Below, in pieces: positions 24,137-45,839 of a stretch of DNA of 64,000 nucleotides. Source of the DNA: Lingula anatina (taxonomy: Eukaryota; Animalia; Brachiopoda); the NCBI GenBank assembly GCA_051362555.1, contig CM120640.1, forward strand, positions 6,510,001-6,574,000, in the 5' to 3' direction. The stretch's first letter is position 1. The number at the start of each line of letters is the position of its first letter. The notes under the pieces are model-generated. The model made no database searches. It had not been told where the DNA came from and was given only the letters and a program-made list of their open reading frames with translations. Position numbers and translations under genes: made by a program.

Positions 24137-25073
24137 TAACATAACACAGCCAAAGAAATTCTTTGGCTATGTAATTTATGTTGATATGCAAAGTAGGTGT
24201 TCATGGGTGGTTATTTTAATACTTCTTATAAAAGTAATTTTTGACAACAATTGTGATGCAACTCTTATAGTAAAGAAGTTTGTTTAATTTTCTACTGTGC
24301 TGTTAATAAAGAATTATATTATGAAAAATGTCTGTGGGCTTTTTCCACAGTCCAGAAATGTGCCATCAATTAACCAGTGACATAGCTGTGAATACTAGTA
24401 TTTTGTGAAAAATCAATCTGTGGCTCTGGTAGAGGGTACTAAAATGAGGCCATTCAATAGATCAGCACCTGTACCATACTTTATCGGCACGTGTGGATGG
24501 AGCAAACCATGATATGTAAAAATGTAAGAAATAAACATATAGTTTAAAGTTTACCTTTATTTACAAATATTTCTTTTTTTAACAAGTTTCACATACATAC
24601 ATAAGACTGCACAGCTTACATGTCACCTTATACTAGTATCTCAAATTATCTAGAACAAATTCAATGGAACATATTTATTTGTTTTGAGCATTTGCTGCTA
24701 AACTGTAATAAATTTCCTGGTGCCAAAGTGTCGAGTTATGCAGTTCAATTTAAATGCATATTATCAGAGTGCAACATGAAGAATCTCCACACAAAAAGAT
24801 ATTATCAAAGGGTTTTCTAATACTCACTTATCATCAAATTATTAATTTTAAAGTAAAAAGAAAAATCACAGATGTACTAATGTAACTCTTTTTCACACTT
24901 GACTTAAGCCGAGTGCAAGGGTACATGCATTCCTTGTATTGTAATTCAGCATAAAATTACTCTTCTTAATTTCATTATCTAAAAAGGATGTAACACATAT
25001 CTGACATGTGTTTGTGATAGGAAGATTTATGATGCCATGAGACATCTCTTGAAAGTTCTGACTTGAACTTCGG

Positions 25074-26796
25074 TTATGTCTCCTTTCTTATATTCCGTTT
25101 AGTTTTCTTTTCCCAATGTGCTTTGTAACTTTTTATTTTTGCTCCCACAGAAAATTCTGCTAGAAAATGTTTGCGGATTTCGGCTCGTTCCTCTGGTGGT
25201 GGCAATAAAGGAAACACTTTATCCTTTTGCCTCAATACAGAAATGTATTGCTGTTGAATAAAAACAGAAAAAGAATGTTATTATATACATAATTAAATTC
25301 AATAAAGGCCATGTAACAATAAATGCCTTAATTGCAACAGGTTTTTTTCATAAATTTGTTTTGCTTACCCTTACTTCCCTAAGTTTATTTTCCTTAATTA
25401 TTACATGTACAAAATATAAGAGAAGAAAGACGGATACAAATTAAAATACGTGTTGATCCAGTAACTTCATCATACACATTCAACTATGTAAGACAATATA
25501 CTCAGTATCTACATAGATAATCAAGAATGTGAGCAGTATTTGGAAACACAAATGGCCCACAAAAAACAAGACTTTTTTCAGTTTGTGTCATTACCTTACC
25601 ATACTAGTATTTGGTCCTCATACTATTTCATATGAGGACCAAATACTAGTATTTGGTCCTCATATGAAATAATGAAATTTCAAATTAATAAAAATTATAA
25701 AATAAATTTTAAAAAAGTAATTAATACACTTTAATTTTCAAAAGATTATTCTGTATCTATGTATTACCTTACCCAAAATTTTCTGCAATTTTCAAGATTC
25801 TGAAAGTAATCATTGCATCTGGTTCTGTCCTGCAAATTCTTTTGCATGCATTTATTCTTCATAAATAACTCCTGAAAAATGTCAATAATCAGAATTGTTT
25901 ACAGTATTCTAATCTACTGGTATACCTGCACAAATCTACATATAGCATTGTCTAAACAAGGCAGCAAAGCTGTCAAATGTACAGACAAAAAACAGAAAGT
26001 AAAGATGCAAAAAAGGTCATTTTGTCAATTTTGATGCAATAATAAATAATGCTTATAATAGCACTGTCAGTCAACACTGAATTTTAATCTTGCACAACAG
26101 GTAACATGGTCAATAACAGGAGCAGACCCAGAGATATTTTCTGACAGTATTACAAAGTATCTATGTTGATCCATCCTCCATTTTGATGGTCTTCCAACAG
26201 AAAAAAATAGATACCAGTCAATATAAACTTAATAACCTGACTGTCTTCCGGAAGACCCAGAAGATGGTCTCAATCCACCCCTTCAATAAGATTACAGTTT
26301 CAGGACCATGAGAGTTCAAATTCACATTATGAAAGTCTCAATATTTGAAAAATGATGACAGTGCATAAAATAATATTACATAATGTTTAAAGACATAAAA
26401 AACAATACAACTGCTTATGTAGATATACAGAAAATGTGCAGAGCCCCAGGCAGATGAGAGTTAAAAGTCACAAATGCAAGTGTTTGAGAAAAAATTATAA
26501 AGGAAAACAACAAAACTAGAAAAGCACTTTGAGAGTGCAGACCTCTGCCAAGGCAGCAATTGTTGATTATTATTGATAATTGATTGATTATTGATCCGGA
26601 CCACCACCAAAAATTAATCATTGTCCTCTTTGGCCCACTTCCGACAGTTCCTGAAAATTTCTGCAAAATCGGTCCATAACTTTTTTGTGTTATGTGGATG
26701 ACAGACAAACAGGGGTGAAAATATAACCTCCTTGGCAGAGCTTGAGGTAAATATAATTCCAATGAAGATGCTATTCAAACTTTTAATCTTCCAGTT

Positions 26797-26861
<65 letters not shown>

Positions 26862-29834
26862 AAACTTATTTGCAATATTAAACAAAATTTACCTGCATAA
26901 TTATCACTGCTTCCTTATTATTAATCTAGCAGAGAGCTTTACCTTTGGGAGTTTACAGGGACATATCAACAAGTGTGCTTTACGTAATCTCATTTAATGG
27001 CCTATTAAAGCAAATGACTTTATAACTCTGAAATTAATCTAGTGATACCCAAGGGTAATTTACAGACTGACACACTCAAAGGTCTTCAGGCCCATAAGTC
27101 GCACCTTAAGAAAAGCACAAAACCATAATGCCCAAAATAGGAGACTACCAATCCTGATGCAATAATACATTATGTTTAACTGCACAGTCAACATCAACTT
27201 ATGCACAACAGGTAACACAGACGAAAGTAAAAGCATAAGGCTCCAGGCCCATCAGAGTTCAAGTTTATACTTAGAAAGTGCCAGAATAAGAAAAATGAAA
27301 ATTTCACAAAAAATGCATAAATACAATAAACATGATAATCCAATAGAGCTGGTTTTCTCATGAGCTGAAGGTCAATCCTAAAAATCTTACTTGTAAGTTT
27401 AAAATTATAATAAGTGGCACAGTTTTCTTTTCATAATGTTTGCAGTAGCAGTGCAAAAAGATTGTTGTCAATTTTGATGTAACATTACATAATAAATTAG
27501 AGAATAATTATCACCAATTTTTGTTTATTGACTATAAATAGGATGGACATGTAGAAAATATGATTACCATTTGGCTTCATGTCCATGGGAGCTCCGAGTC
27601 CCACAATGAATATGCCAAAAAGATAATGAATATTACACTAAAATGTATAACTTCCAGAAAAAGAAGCCAATTAGACTGCTTTTCTAACTCAGGCTGCATT
27701 TTAGTCCTGTGTTTCTTTTTTGAAAGTTTGACAGGCATAAGTAACAAGGTTTTCCCATAATGGTCATCAAGGCAGCAGCACCAAAAATTGTGTTTTCTTA
27801 TATTTTGATGCAACATTACATAATGCTTAACAGCATAATGACCATCGATTTTTAATAATAAAATATAAGTGTCATGGATTTTCACAAAATGTGACTAGCA
27901 TGGGTCTTCAAGCCCGTGGAGGTTCTAAGTCACACCTTGGAAATGCCAATATGTGAAAAATTAAATTTTCACAAAAAAATGTTTAATTGCCAGAAAAATT
28001 TACCAAACAGACTGCATTGCCTACTGAAGCTGTATTTTAGTCCCATGTTTCTTTCCTGTAAGTTTGAGAACAGTAAGTGACATGATTTTCCTTAAATGGT
28101 CATCATGGGAGCAGTGCCCAAAATAGGGGTTTCTTCAAATTTTGATGCAATATTACATAATGTTTTACAGCATAATGACCATCAATTTTTAATTATAAAA
28201 TATTAGTATCATGGTTATTCAGAAAATGTGACAAGCAAAAGTCTTCAGGCCCATGGAACTTCAAAGTCACATATTGAAAATGCCAAAATGTAAACAAGAC
28301 AGCACTGTTCTGAAATGGGTTTATTCCTGTTTTTAACACTTTTTTAACATAAAACAAAATAAACAGTTTACTGCCATTTTTATATGACCAATGAAGAAAA
28401 TTGATGAGATGGGAAAAGTATCAATAGAACAGTGTTAAATGTCCAACTTCCTCCATTCCTCCATTCTGAACATAGTGGATGAATGCATCTTACAAACTGC
28501 AATGATATGAGTTTATTTCCATTTTTGACACTTTATTACACAATACATGATAACAAGTTTACCATCATTTTTAAAAAATCAACTAACAATGTTGTAAAGA
28601 TGCAGGAAATGTCAAACAAACACTTTTACGTATCTTATTAGTTCAATAATGAGACTGTTAACATGCCTAAGAATTGAATGTGAGGAAATGTGAAAAAACA
28701 GCATAACTTCTAAAATAATGGACTGATTATGCTGATTTTCAAACTCAACCTGCGTTTCAGTAAGATTGGCCCCTCCTGTGAGTATAATGACAATTGGCCA
28801 ATCTGTTTTTCTTATATTGTGTTATCAGTGTTGCATATATACTGAAAAAAGTGAAAAAACAGCAAAAATTCCCTATAAGTGACCCGATCGTGCTGATTTT
28901 CGAACTTGACCTGGGTATTATGAATATTTATCAGTTCTGTAAGTTTCAAGCCAAAAGGTATAATGGTTTTCCACTTATCGTGTTATCGGTGCTGCACATA
29001 TGCTGAAAAAAGAGAAAAAATAGCCTAAATTCACTAAAAATGACCCAATCACGCTGATTTTCGAACTTGACCTCCGTATTATGTATATTCATCAGTTCTG
29101 TAAGTTTCAAGCCAAAAAGTAAAATGGTTTTCCATTTATCGTGTTATCGGTGCTGCATATATGCTGAAAAAAGTGAAAAAACAGCATAAATTCCATATAA
29201 GTGACCCGATCATGCTGATTTTCGAACTCGACCTGCGTATTATGAATATTCATCAGTTCTGTAAGTTTCAAACAAAAGGAAAAAACGGTTTTCCACTAAT
29301 CGTGTTATCGGTAAAAGTGCACGGCGACGACGGCGACGGCGACGACAGACGCAGATGACGGCTATATGTACAGACACATCTGTGTCTGTACATAAAAATC
29401 AAGATAGAGAAGAAGAGAGGCGCCTAACACACACACATATTACACAACTTGTGTTAGCTGTCAAATTGTTAAGCCAGGGAGAAAGAATGCTTAGAAACTT
29501 GAGACGCCCTACATTCCTCTCTCCCATGCCTACACGTGAGCGTAACACTAAGCTTGAAAGTAACACCGAGCTCTTCATATTGCCTCAGTTTTCGACCTTA
29601 CGTGCTCACGATACTCTTACCAGCGGTAAGGGTACTGTGACTACGAAAGGATTTACAACTCCTTGGAAGTTGGAGTACGTACACGTAACACTGAGGCAAA
29701 GCACTACAACACGTTTGGCCTCTGTTATTTTTAAATACACCCACCCTCGCACATGGATCAATCGTTTCATCAACATCTCCAACTGTTTGAATATTTTCTT
29801 CTATCTTAGGGCCGCCTGATGTGAAACTTGACAT
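25074..29834 (-). CDS. CHCHD7: Twin CX9C mitochondrial intermembrane-space protein CHCHD7/Cox23-like (121 aa, 3 coding exons)
   Basis: Exons 29834-29745, 25871-25773, 25250-25074 give ...IDPCARELFMKNKCMQKNLQDRTRCNDYFQNLENCRKFWQYISVLRQKDKVFPLLPPPEERAEIR, a CX9C-X10-CX9C pattern with a CHCHD7-type tail. Only exon 1 appears in the ORF track. Confidence 0.9.
26512..26750 (+). mobile_element. Short non-autonomous Helentron (HINE/DINE-1-like) element
   Basis: AAACTAGAAAAGCACTTTGAGAGTGCAG start, subterminal inverted repeat CTCTGCCAAGG / CCTTGGCAGAG, ACAGACAAACA microsatellite-like block, terminal ACCTC..GAGGT hairpin. Confidence 0.75.
26800..26858. repeat. (TA)n microsatellite
   Basis: Seen directly. 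Confidence 0.95.
27070..28290. repeat. Degenerate tandem repeat, ~330-340-bp period
   Basis: GTCTTCAGGCCCATGG-like anchors at ~27082, 27240, 27575, 27903, 28241; TTTTGATGCAACATTACATAA at ~27473, 27803, 28141. Confidence 0.8.
28292..29398 (+). mobile_element. HINE/Helentron-type element with internal ~160-bp satellite array
   Basis: AAACAAG start (boundary uncertain); four ~160-bp units starting at ~28685, 28845, 29005, 29166; (GAC/GGC)n block 29321-29360; perfect terminal hairpin TATGTACAGACACA-TC-TGTGTCTGTACATA at 29365-29394 followed by an A-run. Confidence 0.8.
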
Positions 29835-29879
29835 TTTCCCCGAAATTAGTGATGCCGCTCTCAGTCCTCGCCTTGTAAG

Positions 29880-29945
29880 CTCTTGAATGACGTCAGGAGG
29901 GGTTCCCCAATCCCAGAATGCACTGTGGGCAATGGCCGCTTGCAG
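29880..29945. promoter_or_regulatory. Bidirectional promoter core between CHCHD7 and the PR-PLAG gene
   Basis: CRE TGACGTCA 29888-29895, ZNF143/Staf site TCCCAGAATGCACTG 29911-29925, YY1-like CAATGGCCGC 29930-29939, in a locally GC/CpG-richer patch. Confidence 0.7.
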
Positions 29946-30611
29946 GTGGGACCAGGACAAAGAGAAGAGATCACCTCAATTTTATTCTAAATCTCGTCAC
30001 AGTTTCTCGGTGCCATGAAGCAGATGAAATCACATGAACTCAGAGGTAATTTAAAAGTGCAATTTTGGTCAGTTTTTTATCATCGATGCAATACGTCGAT
30101 GGCCCAATTTTCCTCTCCCCCCATTGTGGCCCCCTCAGGAATTCCGTAAAAGAAACTGGGTCAGCCATTGTAAACAAAGTCAGTAGCGAAACAAACCAAA
30201 GGCTTCATTGCGGAGTTATGAAGTATTGTATCAACATTTTGTCATTAATGGAGAAAATCCAATAAGTACTTGGGGATTCAATCAGTCATGGAAATGTTGT
30301 AAAATTGCAACTGTTAGTGATATCACTAAAACAATTTTTTGTAAAACTATTTCAAATTTTTATTGGATTAGTACTGTACTGTATCTTAGATACAGAATAT
30401 ATCGTTAGTTCATAGTTTTTGTAAAAAAATGTGCTAGAACCATACTGTATAATTATGATAATAATAATACACCTGCTTAAAAAAGAATACATTTGCACTA
30501 TTTCAATTTCAATGATCCAACTGCATCTTAATGTACTGTACCACCGGATAGGACCTCTTCCTTTTTGTTTTCAGATTCATTGTACACACAGAATGCAAGG
30601 ACATACTAATC

Positions 30612-32270
30612 ATGAAAGAATCAAATAAGCTTACTTCTTATGCAGACATATCATCTAGGGAGGACTTCATGCAGGCACCAAGTGTAACTCCTCTTCACCT
30701 CAATGACCCTCAAACTGATGGATTTGTATCGTCAGAGGAAATGGATAAAACCTCTCCTATCACATTTGATGACAACTTACTGTGTAAGCTTATACCCGTA
30801 ATAGTGAAAACACCAATTTTTGAGATTATGTGAAGTTTAATATGAAATAAAAGATGCCCCTGAAGTGCCCTTTTTCTATCTCTATGATTACTTTGAGATT
30901 TAATATAAGTATTCTACTGCAGGTAAAGTAATCAACAAAGTGTACACAGGATGAACCCCCCCCCAAAAAAAAAAAAAAATAATAATAATAATAAATAGAT
31001 AAATAAATAAATTTTTATTAAACCCTACAAAGGTCCATCAAATTTCAAGAAATTTGTTGGACTTAAATTTCAATATGAGCATGATCATTCCTCAAAGTTT
31101 CACTTATCTTGGTTAGTTTGCATAAAAGTTATGCTCCAAATGGCCTACATGGCATTTGGAGGCACACTTTCATATGTCACGAAAAATATTGTCAATTACT
31201 CAAACACATTCCCATATATTCCTGTTCATATATATATTTGCGTTTTAATTTCATCATTACAGGGTGTGACGACTGCAGGACAGCATTCTTAGGTGGTTGC
31301 CCCACCCATGGTCCACTGTCCAAGGTGAAGGACAAGGTGGTCCCACCCAAGGCCAAGCTTACTCTGCCCTACTGTACCTCCCTCAGGATACTAGAGCTGA
31401 GAGCTGGAGACAAGCACAGTATGTGGGCTTTATACTTATGAAGATTTGTAAATGAAATGGTTTTCTGGAAACCAGGTGGAGAATAGGAAACATTGTGATA
31501 TTTTGTGCAGATGATTGTACACTATGAAGTTTAACTTTCTCCAGTTACTCTGAAGTACATGAATATTATATGTTGCCTCGCCTAACTTATGCACTACAAG
31601 ATTACATGATCCAACATGTATATATCAATTTGGATACGTATTGGAAATAAATGTTGCCTCACCTAACTTATGCACTTATGTGATTACATGCTCCAACATA
31701 AAAACTTTTGATGATACCTCAGATATGTTCTTTTTTTTTCACTTTTAAAATTAAAATCATTCTGCTTTTTTAAACAGTCTTTGGGGTTTTTGCAAAAAAG
31801 ATGATACAAAGAAGAACACAGTTTGGTCCTCTGGAGGCTCCTGTTAGTAGCACAGTGCCCAAGGGAAGAGAAGCAGTGTTGAAATTAAAGGTAAATATAC
31901 ATGCCCAGTCTTTTCTCATGCTTTTCTAGAATTTACTCATGTCATTGCCAGTTGATATTTTAGGGTTATTTAAGTCCAAAACTTAAACTTAACTGAATAT
32001 GTTTGGCAGCATATCTATAGAAAAATTTTTTTCACCACAGATCTTCCAGTCTGACCCTGAGCTGTTCACTCACTTAGACAACACAGATGAGGCCCAGTGT
32101 AACTGGATGATGTATGTGAGACCAGCCTCTCACAGACAGGAACAGAACATGGTAGCTTATCAGTACCAGGGTGGCATCTACTTCTCCACTATTAAGGTGA
32201 AGATTTTTTTATTTGTAATTGTGTCTGACTCAGTGTATCATTTATGTGTAGGGTTATAAATTTGTGTCTC

Positions 32271-32325
<55 letters not shown>

Positions 32326-34990
32326 TGGTAACAGTTATTTTCTTTCCTTTTAATTATATTTATTTTGTTATGTAAGTTACATGTAATGATGGATTTGCAC
32401 ATTAAAAATAAACAACCATGCACCAATGGTCTTAATTATTGACACACCACTTACCATTGTTTTTAGTTTCCTTTCCATTTATATTTATATCCATTTTGAT
32501 TTAAACTTGCTTATGCTGCATTGATTACAATTTTGCAGAACATCCCAGCCAATGCAGAGCTTAGGGTTTGGTATGCTGAGAGGTATGGGAAGTTGATGGG
32601 TGTGCCTCCTTTGGAGAACTCTGTTGAAACAAAGCCAGGTAAGAATTTAATGTGCCACATGAGCAGTTGCAGTACATCTTTAGGTCAGTCCTCAGGCCAG
32701 ATGTTCATTTGCCTCCTAACCACACTAGAAGGAGCATGTTATATTGAATAATACATCAACAGACATAATTTGGTATCTTAATTACCTGAATTACTCAATA
32801 TTAATTAATGTCAATTACCTCAAATACAAAATAAAATCTTTCATTCAATGTAATTAAGTCTTAGGTTGCATTATCATTAAAGAATGATGAGACAGGTTAA
32901 TTAACTGAATCGAGGTCTGACAATTTAGGTGAAAGTATTACATTTAAGGTGTAAGTGTTATGCTCTATAGCATGTGGTCTAAGGATTGGCATTAAATGAT
33001 TCCTTTACTCTAGTCAACATCAAGCTAAATACTGTTGTTTTAAAATAAATGATCATCATTTGAGAGTAAATTTAAAAGAAAAAAAATTATTTTGTTTTCT
33101 CCCACAGAACCTAGTGACCAAGGATATGAAAAAGATGGTGATGATGAAGATGAAGAAGATGAAGAAGATGAGGAGGAGGTACATGGCAACACAGATTACC
33201 ATTCTGACAATGAAGAAGTTTCACTTCAAGGGGAGGATTCCACACACCTGGAGTGGTCTTGTTCTGTATGTAATAAAAGCTTCAGAACCTTTGTGGAATT
33301 AGAATGCCATGTTTGTGACCAAAGCGGAGAAGACAGTGGTGGCCGAAGGACTCGCAGTAAACGTAAAGGTCATCCAGTGAAAATAATGAAGAGTGAACGT
33401 AAGAAAAACAAACCCGCATACAGAGAGCTGGCTGGAGAGTGGGAGGTGCAATCATTGAAACCTTCGAAGAGAGGACGTAAATCAAAGCCATCAAAAAAAG
33501 CTTCAGTTGCTGCAAAGAAAGCTAAACCTGCAAAGAATCCAACCATACAGAAGAAATCTACTGCCGGTGAATCCAACCCTGAAAAGGTCCTTGTTTGTCA
33601 GTATTGTGGCAAAAACTTCTCAAGAGCCTCAAAACTCCAAGCTCACATCAATACACACACAGGGGAAGGTCCATTAGAATGTAAATTTCCACAGTGTGGC
33701 AAACATTTCACCTCGAAATTCAAACTGAAACGCCATGAACTTATACACAAACCAGAGGAGAGACAACACCGCTGCCCCTACTGTGATAAGGCTTTTGCAA
33801 GAAAAGATCACTTGAAAAACCATCTAGTTACTCATGATCCCAACAGGGCCAGTCTGGTGTGCGCCCTTTGTAACAAAGAATATCATAATGCTGGATGTTA
33901 TAAAGTCCATATGGGTTTCCATGATGCAGAGGAGGGTTCTTTGACTTGCCGTGTTTGTGAGCAGATAATGGAAACAAAGGAGGCTCTTTGTTTTCATCTC
34001 AAAGTTCACATGGGGTCCAGGACTGCTAAAGGGATAATGGAAAAGAGGCATCCGTGTCCGCATTGTGAGAAGCGGTTTTACACTCCTAAGGATGTCAAAA
34101 GACATGTTGTGACTCACACCAAGGCACGTGACTTTCTTTGTCAGTACTGTCCACAGAGCTTTGGTCGAAGAGATCATTTGGTCAGACATATAAGTGCAGC
34201 ACATTCAGATGGGACACCTGGTGCAAAGCCCAAAACTGTTTCACCTCGCAAGCGTAGGAAGCAGTCTGAGAGAACCGAGGAGAGCCCAGCAGTGAGTCAA
34301 GAAACATTAGCTCCTGTTGTTGCCCAGGTTATAGCTTCTGCGCCATTTACAACACACTATACTTACAATCCTGGCTTGTCACAAACTGAGTATAATGCAT
34401 ACCAGGGAGTCAGTAATAGTGCTTTGATAAGTATGATACCAAAGGACAACTCCAACATGGACACACTGTCACTCAGTCATGCTGATTCTTCCAATCAGAT
34501 AAAAGCCAACAATGCTCAACCAATAGGAAGCAGTGGCCTAGAGCATCTTGGCCAGTCAGATCCAATGAATAGAAAGGACAATTCTGGAATGGACTCCTTG
34601 CCCCTGAGTGCAGCAGACCCTAGTCTTATGAAACATTATGGGATGTCTGGATTATCAGCACACTCCCAGCCTATGTTCCATTCTGTTCCAACCTCTGTAG
34701 GTCACAGTGGTCTCATTTCTCCAAATTTACATACTGGCTCTCCAGGAGATATCCCAATGGATGTGGGAAGAAAACAGATTGTAAGTGGTGCCCTTCCAGG
34801 CACTCATCATGAATTAGACAGAGGTCCCCACATTATTGATGGAACTATGACTAACTATCTGGATGCATTAAAGGTCATTGGCTGTCTTCCCTCTGCTTGT
34901 CCTCTGCCACCCCCCAGTATAGCTATGAGCAGAGACAGTGGACATCCATTTACTTCTGTAGGACAATCATTCCAGCAGGGATATCAATGA
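30612..34990 (+). CDS. PLAG: PR/SET-domain PLAG-family zinc-finger protein (about 859 aa)
   Basis: Exons 30612-30783, 31263-31418, 31778-31890, 32041-32196, 32539-32638, 33108-34990 (2580 nt). Zinc knuckle WCDDC..CPTHGP; PR domain [36 protein letters not shown]; seven C2H2 fingers with PLAG signatures [53 protein letters not shown]. The start codon is inferred. Confidence 0.9.
32277..32323. repeat. (GT)n microsatellite
   Basis: Seen directly. Confidence 0.95.
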
Positions 34991-37312
34991 GAAATATCTG
35001 AATGTGCAATTAAAATTTGGTTACATCAGTACTTTGCCCAGTCTTGTAGCAAGCCTAATTATTACCATGATAACACAGTTAATTTGGAAATCTTAGTAAA
35101 TAGTATATGGAAGTCTTAATATTTTGATCCTAAATGTACAAAGTTTCAATCAAGTGTACCAATTGCCTTAATTTACATTTTACTTTTTTTTTACATATGT
35201 AAATACAGTGTGATAGATCTTAAGGCTCTGAAAAACATTTAACTGCTTTTATTATGAATCAGTAACACAAGGTGCTTTGCTCTTTGTTTTGTTTCTTAAG
35301 ACTATTAAAAGCATATAACTTTCAACTGACCATATGATTTTCATACAGCCTTGATTATAGTTGTGGATTTCATCTTGGGACATTTGAATACAGATATAAC
35401 AGTTAAACAATTATTTTCTTAAACAAAAAGTATTACTTGATGCAGTAATGCACACAACATCATGGATAAAACAAAAGTTGTTCAGTGTGATTCAATTTTT
35501 ATGGTAAGGAAAAAAGGGAAAATATTGCATGCACCTTGGCTTAAGGTCAATTAAAAATTCATTTAAACTTTAACATGTCAAAGTTCAAATTGTGCAAGCT
35601 GAAAAGCAAAGAACTATCAGCAGAAGTTTTTTTTTTTTTTTTTTGTCAGATATGAAAAAAAAATCAGTGAACAAAATTAGAAGTTAAATTTATTGCATAG
35701 TTTCCTTAAATTTGTGACCTGGAATCATTTCATTAACTTGACAACATCTTTATGTTTTATACTGCTCTTTCTCTGTGGAATAGAAAATAGCCTTGTCAGA
35801 ATATTAGACACGGTGAAGCATTATAAACAATCATGTCAATAAGCGTAATCTTATCAGATGTGCTTAAAATTTCAAACAAGACTTTATCTCAAGTTGTAGT
35901 AGCTCTACAATGTTTAAAATAAAACATTTACCTTTTTCTATCATAAAATAAGGCAAATTTATTAATGATTGTCTAAATATATTACCAGTCAACTTGGCCT
36001 TATCAAGTAAAAGCATCCCATAAACAATATTAATATCACTCAACAGATTACTTAGCAATTTCTTGATAAAAATTCAAATTTAAAATACTTATACATGTCA
36101 GAGTGTGTATCTGAACCAATCTCCTCCCTTAATAAAAATTTTTGACAAACACTGCATTATTGTATATGTGAATTTTTATTATTATTATTTTTTTTTAAAA
36201 CAAGATCTGGACATTTCCACACAAAACACCTTAAATTATCTTATCGTACGTTGGGGTAATCACATTGTATTTAGCACCTTTATGAATATAACTGCTTATA
36301 CATGCTTTGTATGCAGTCCACGTAAATGCTCAATTTTTTAAAATAAACACAGGGCTAAGTATCATCATATGATACAAAAAATCACATAAAATCTGGGCAT
36401 TATCATTTTATACTTATTATAAGCTAGGCTACAATAATGTTAACACTAACACTAACCTTCTTAATGCCAGCCATATCACAATAATCATAAACACATTTAT
36501 CATCAATCTACAGGATGCATGACCATTCTTTGGTAATATATCACAATGTGAGCAGTACAACTTTTGGGCACTCTGATCAAATGAAACATTTCTGTCTAAC
36601 CAATGATTAAAAGCTGCTAAAGCACTACTGTTATAAGCTACTGATCTCAATCAAACAATTTATTTCAGTGTACTTGTAGATAAAAATGCTCATTCCGTTT
36701 GCGACCTGTTTCTCAAAATTAGGTCTTAACTTTAAGAAAAACATTTGATGCAAGACGAGTCAGAAGAAGTACAATTAAAAGAAACATGTTCATTTAATAA
36801 CAAGAAATACATGACTAGTACTTCATAGCAATATTTACTTTGCCCAAGTGGAATAATGTGAATTATTCTTGAATTTAAACTCCCCAAATTTGTCAACTCA
36901 AAGTTGTGATCAACTATTCTCAGCTAAAACTCTTCATAAAACCAGCAGAGCAGCTATTGCCCCTGGCTGAGCATGTTTACCAAACATACTGATCACCATG
37001 TTATAAGTAAGATCTCACAAAGTGGGTTTGTGTCATCTGACCATCACAGAAAAAACTATTAAAATATGCTTCTTTGTGCAGAGTACACATACCATACTGC
37101 TTGCACAATGTATAACATCACATATTTTTCATTAAGAAAATACTTCTCTTAAAATTCCATTGTTATGACTAGTTTTTTCTCTGATTTTATTCCAGAAACT
37201 TAGACAAGGCTGTGTAAGACTGCCAAAATGTTAAACCTAAACTCAACACATTTTGCTCCATGTTACAGGATAAACAAAATGTTTGGCATCTGTGCTCTTC
37301 TTTCCATCCTCC

Positions 37313-45839
<8,527 letters not shown>

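Noticed and set aside
26890-27003. Extra CHCHD7 exon (MRLRKAHLLICPCKLPK)
   Set aside because: It would break the CX9C spacing that exon 29834-29745 supplies exactly.
28685-29311. CRISPR-like array, or coding repeats (ORFs 28794, 29161, 29355)
   Set aside because: Whole units repeat with no unique spacers, there are no cas genes and the context is eukaryotic; the ORFs are chance frames in satellite DNA.
31570-31700. ~80-bp imperfect intronic tandem duplication (also 17 bp x2 at ~60961-60994)
   Set aside because: Real but ordinary local slippage duplications with no evident consequence.
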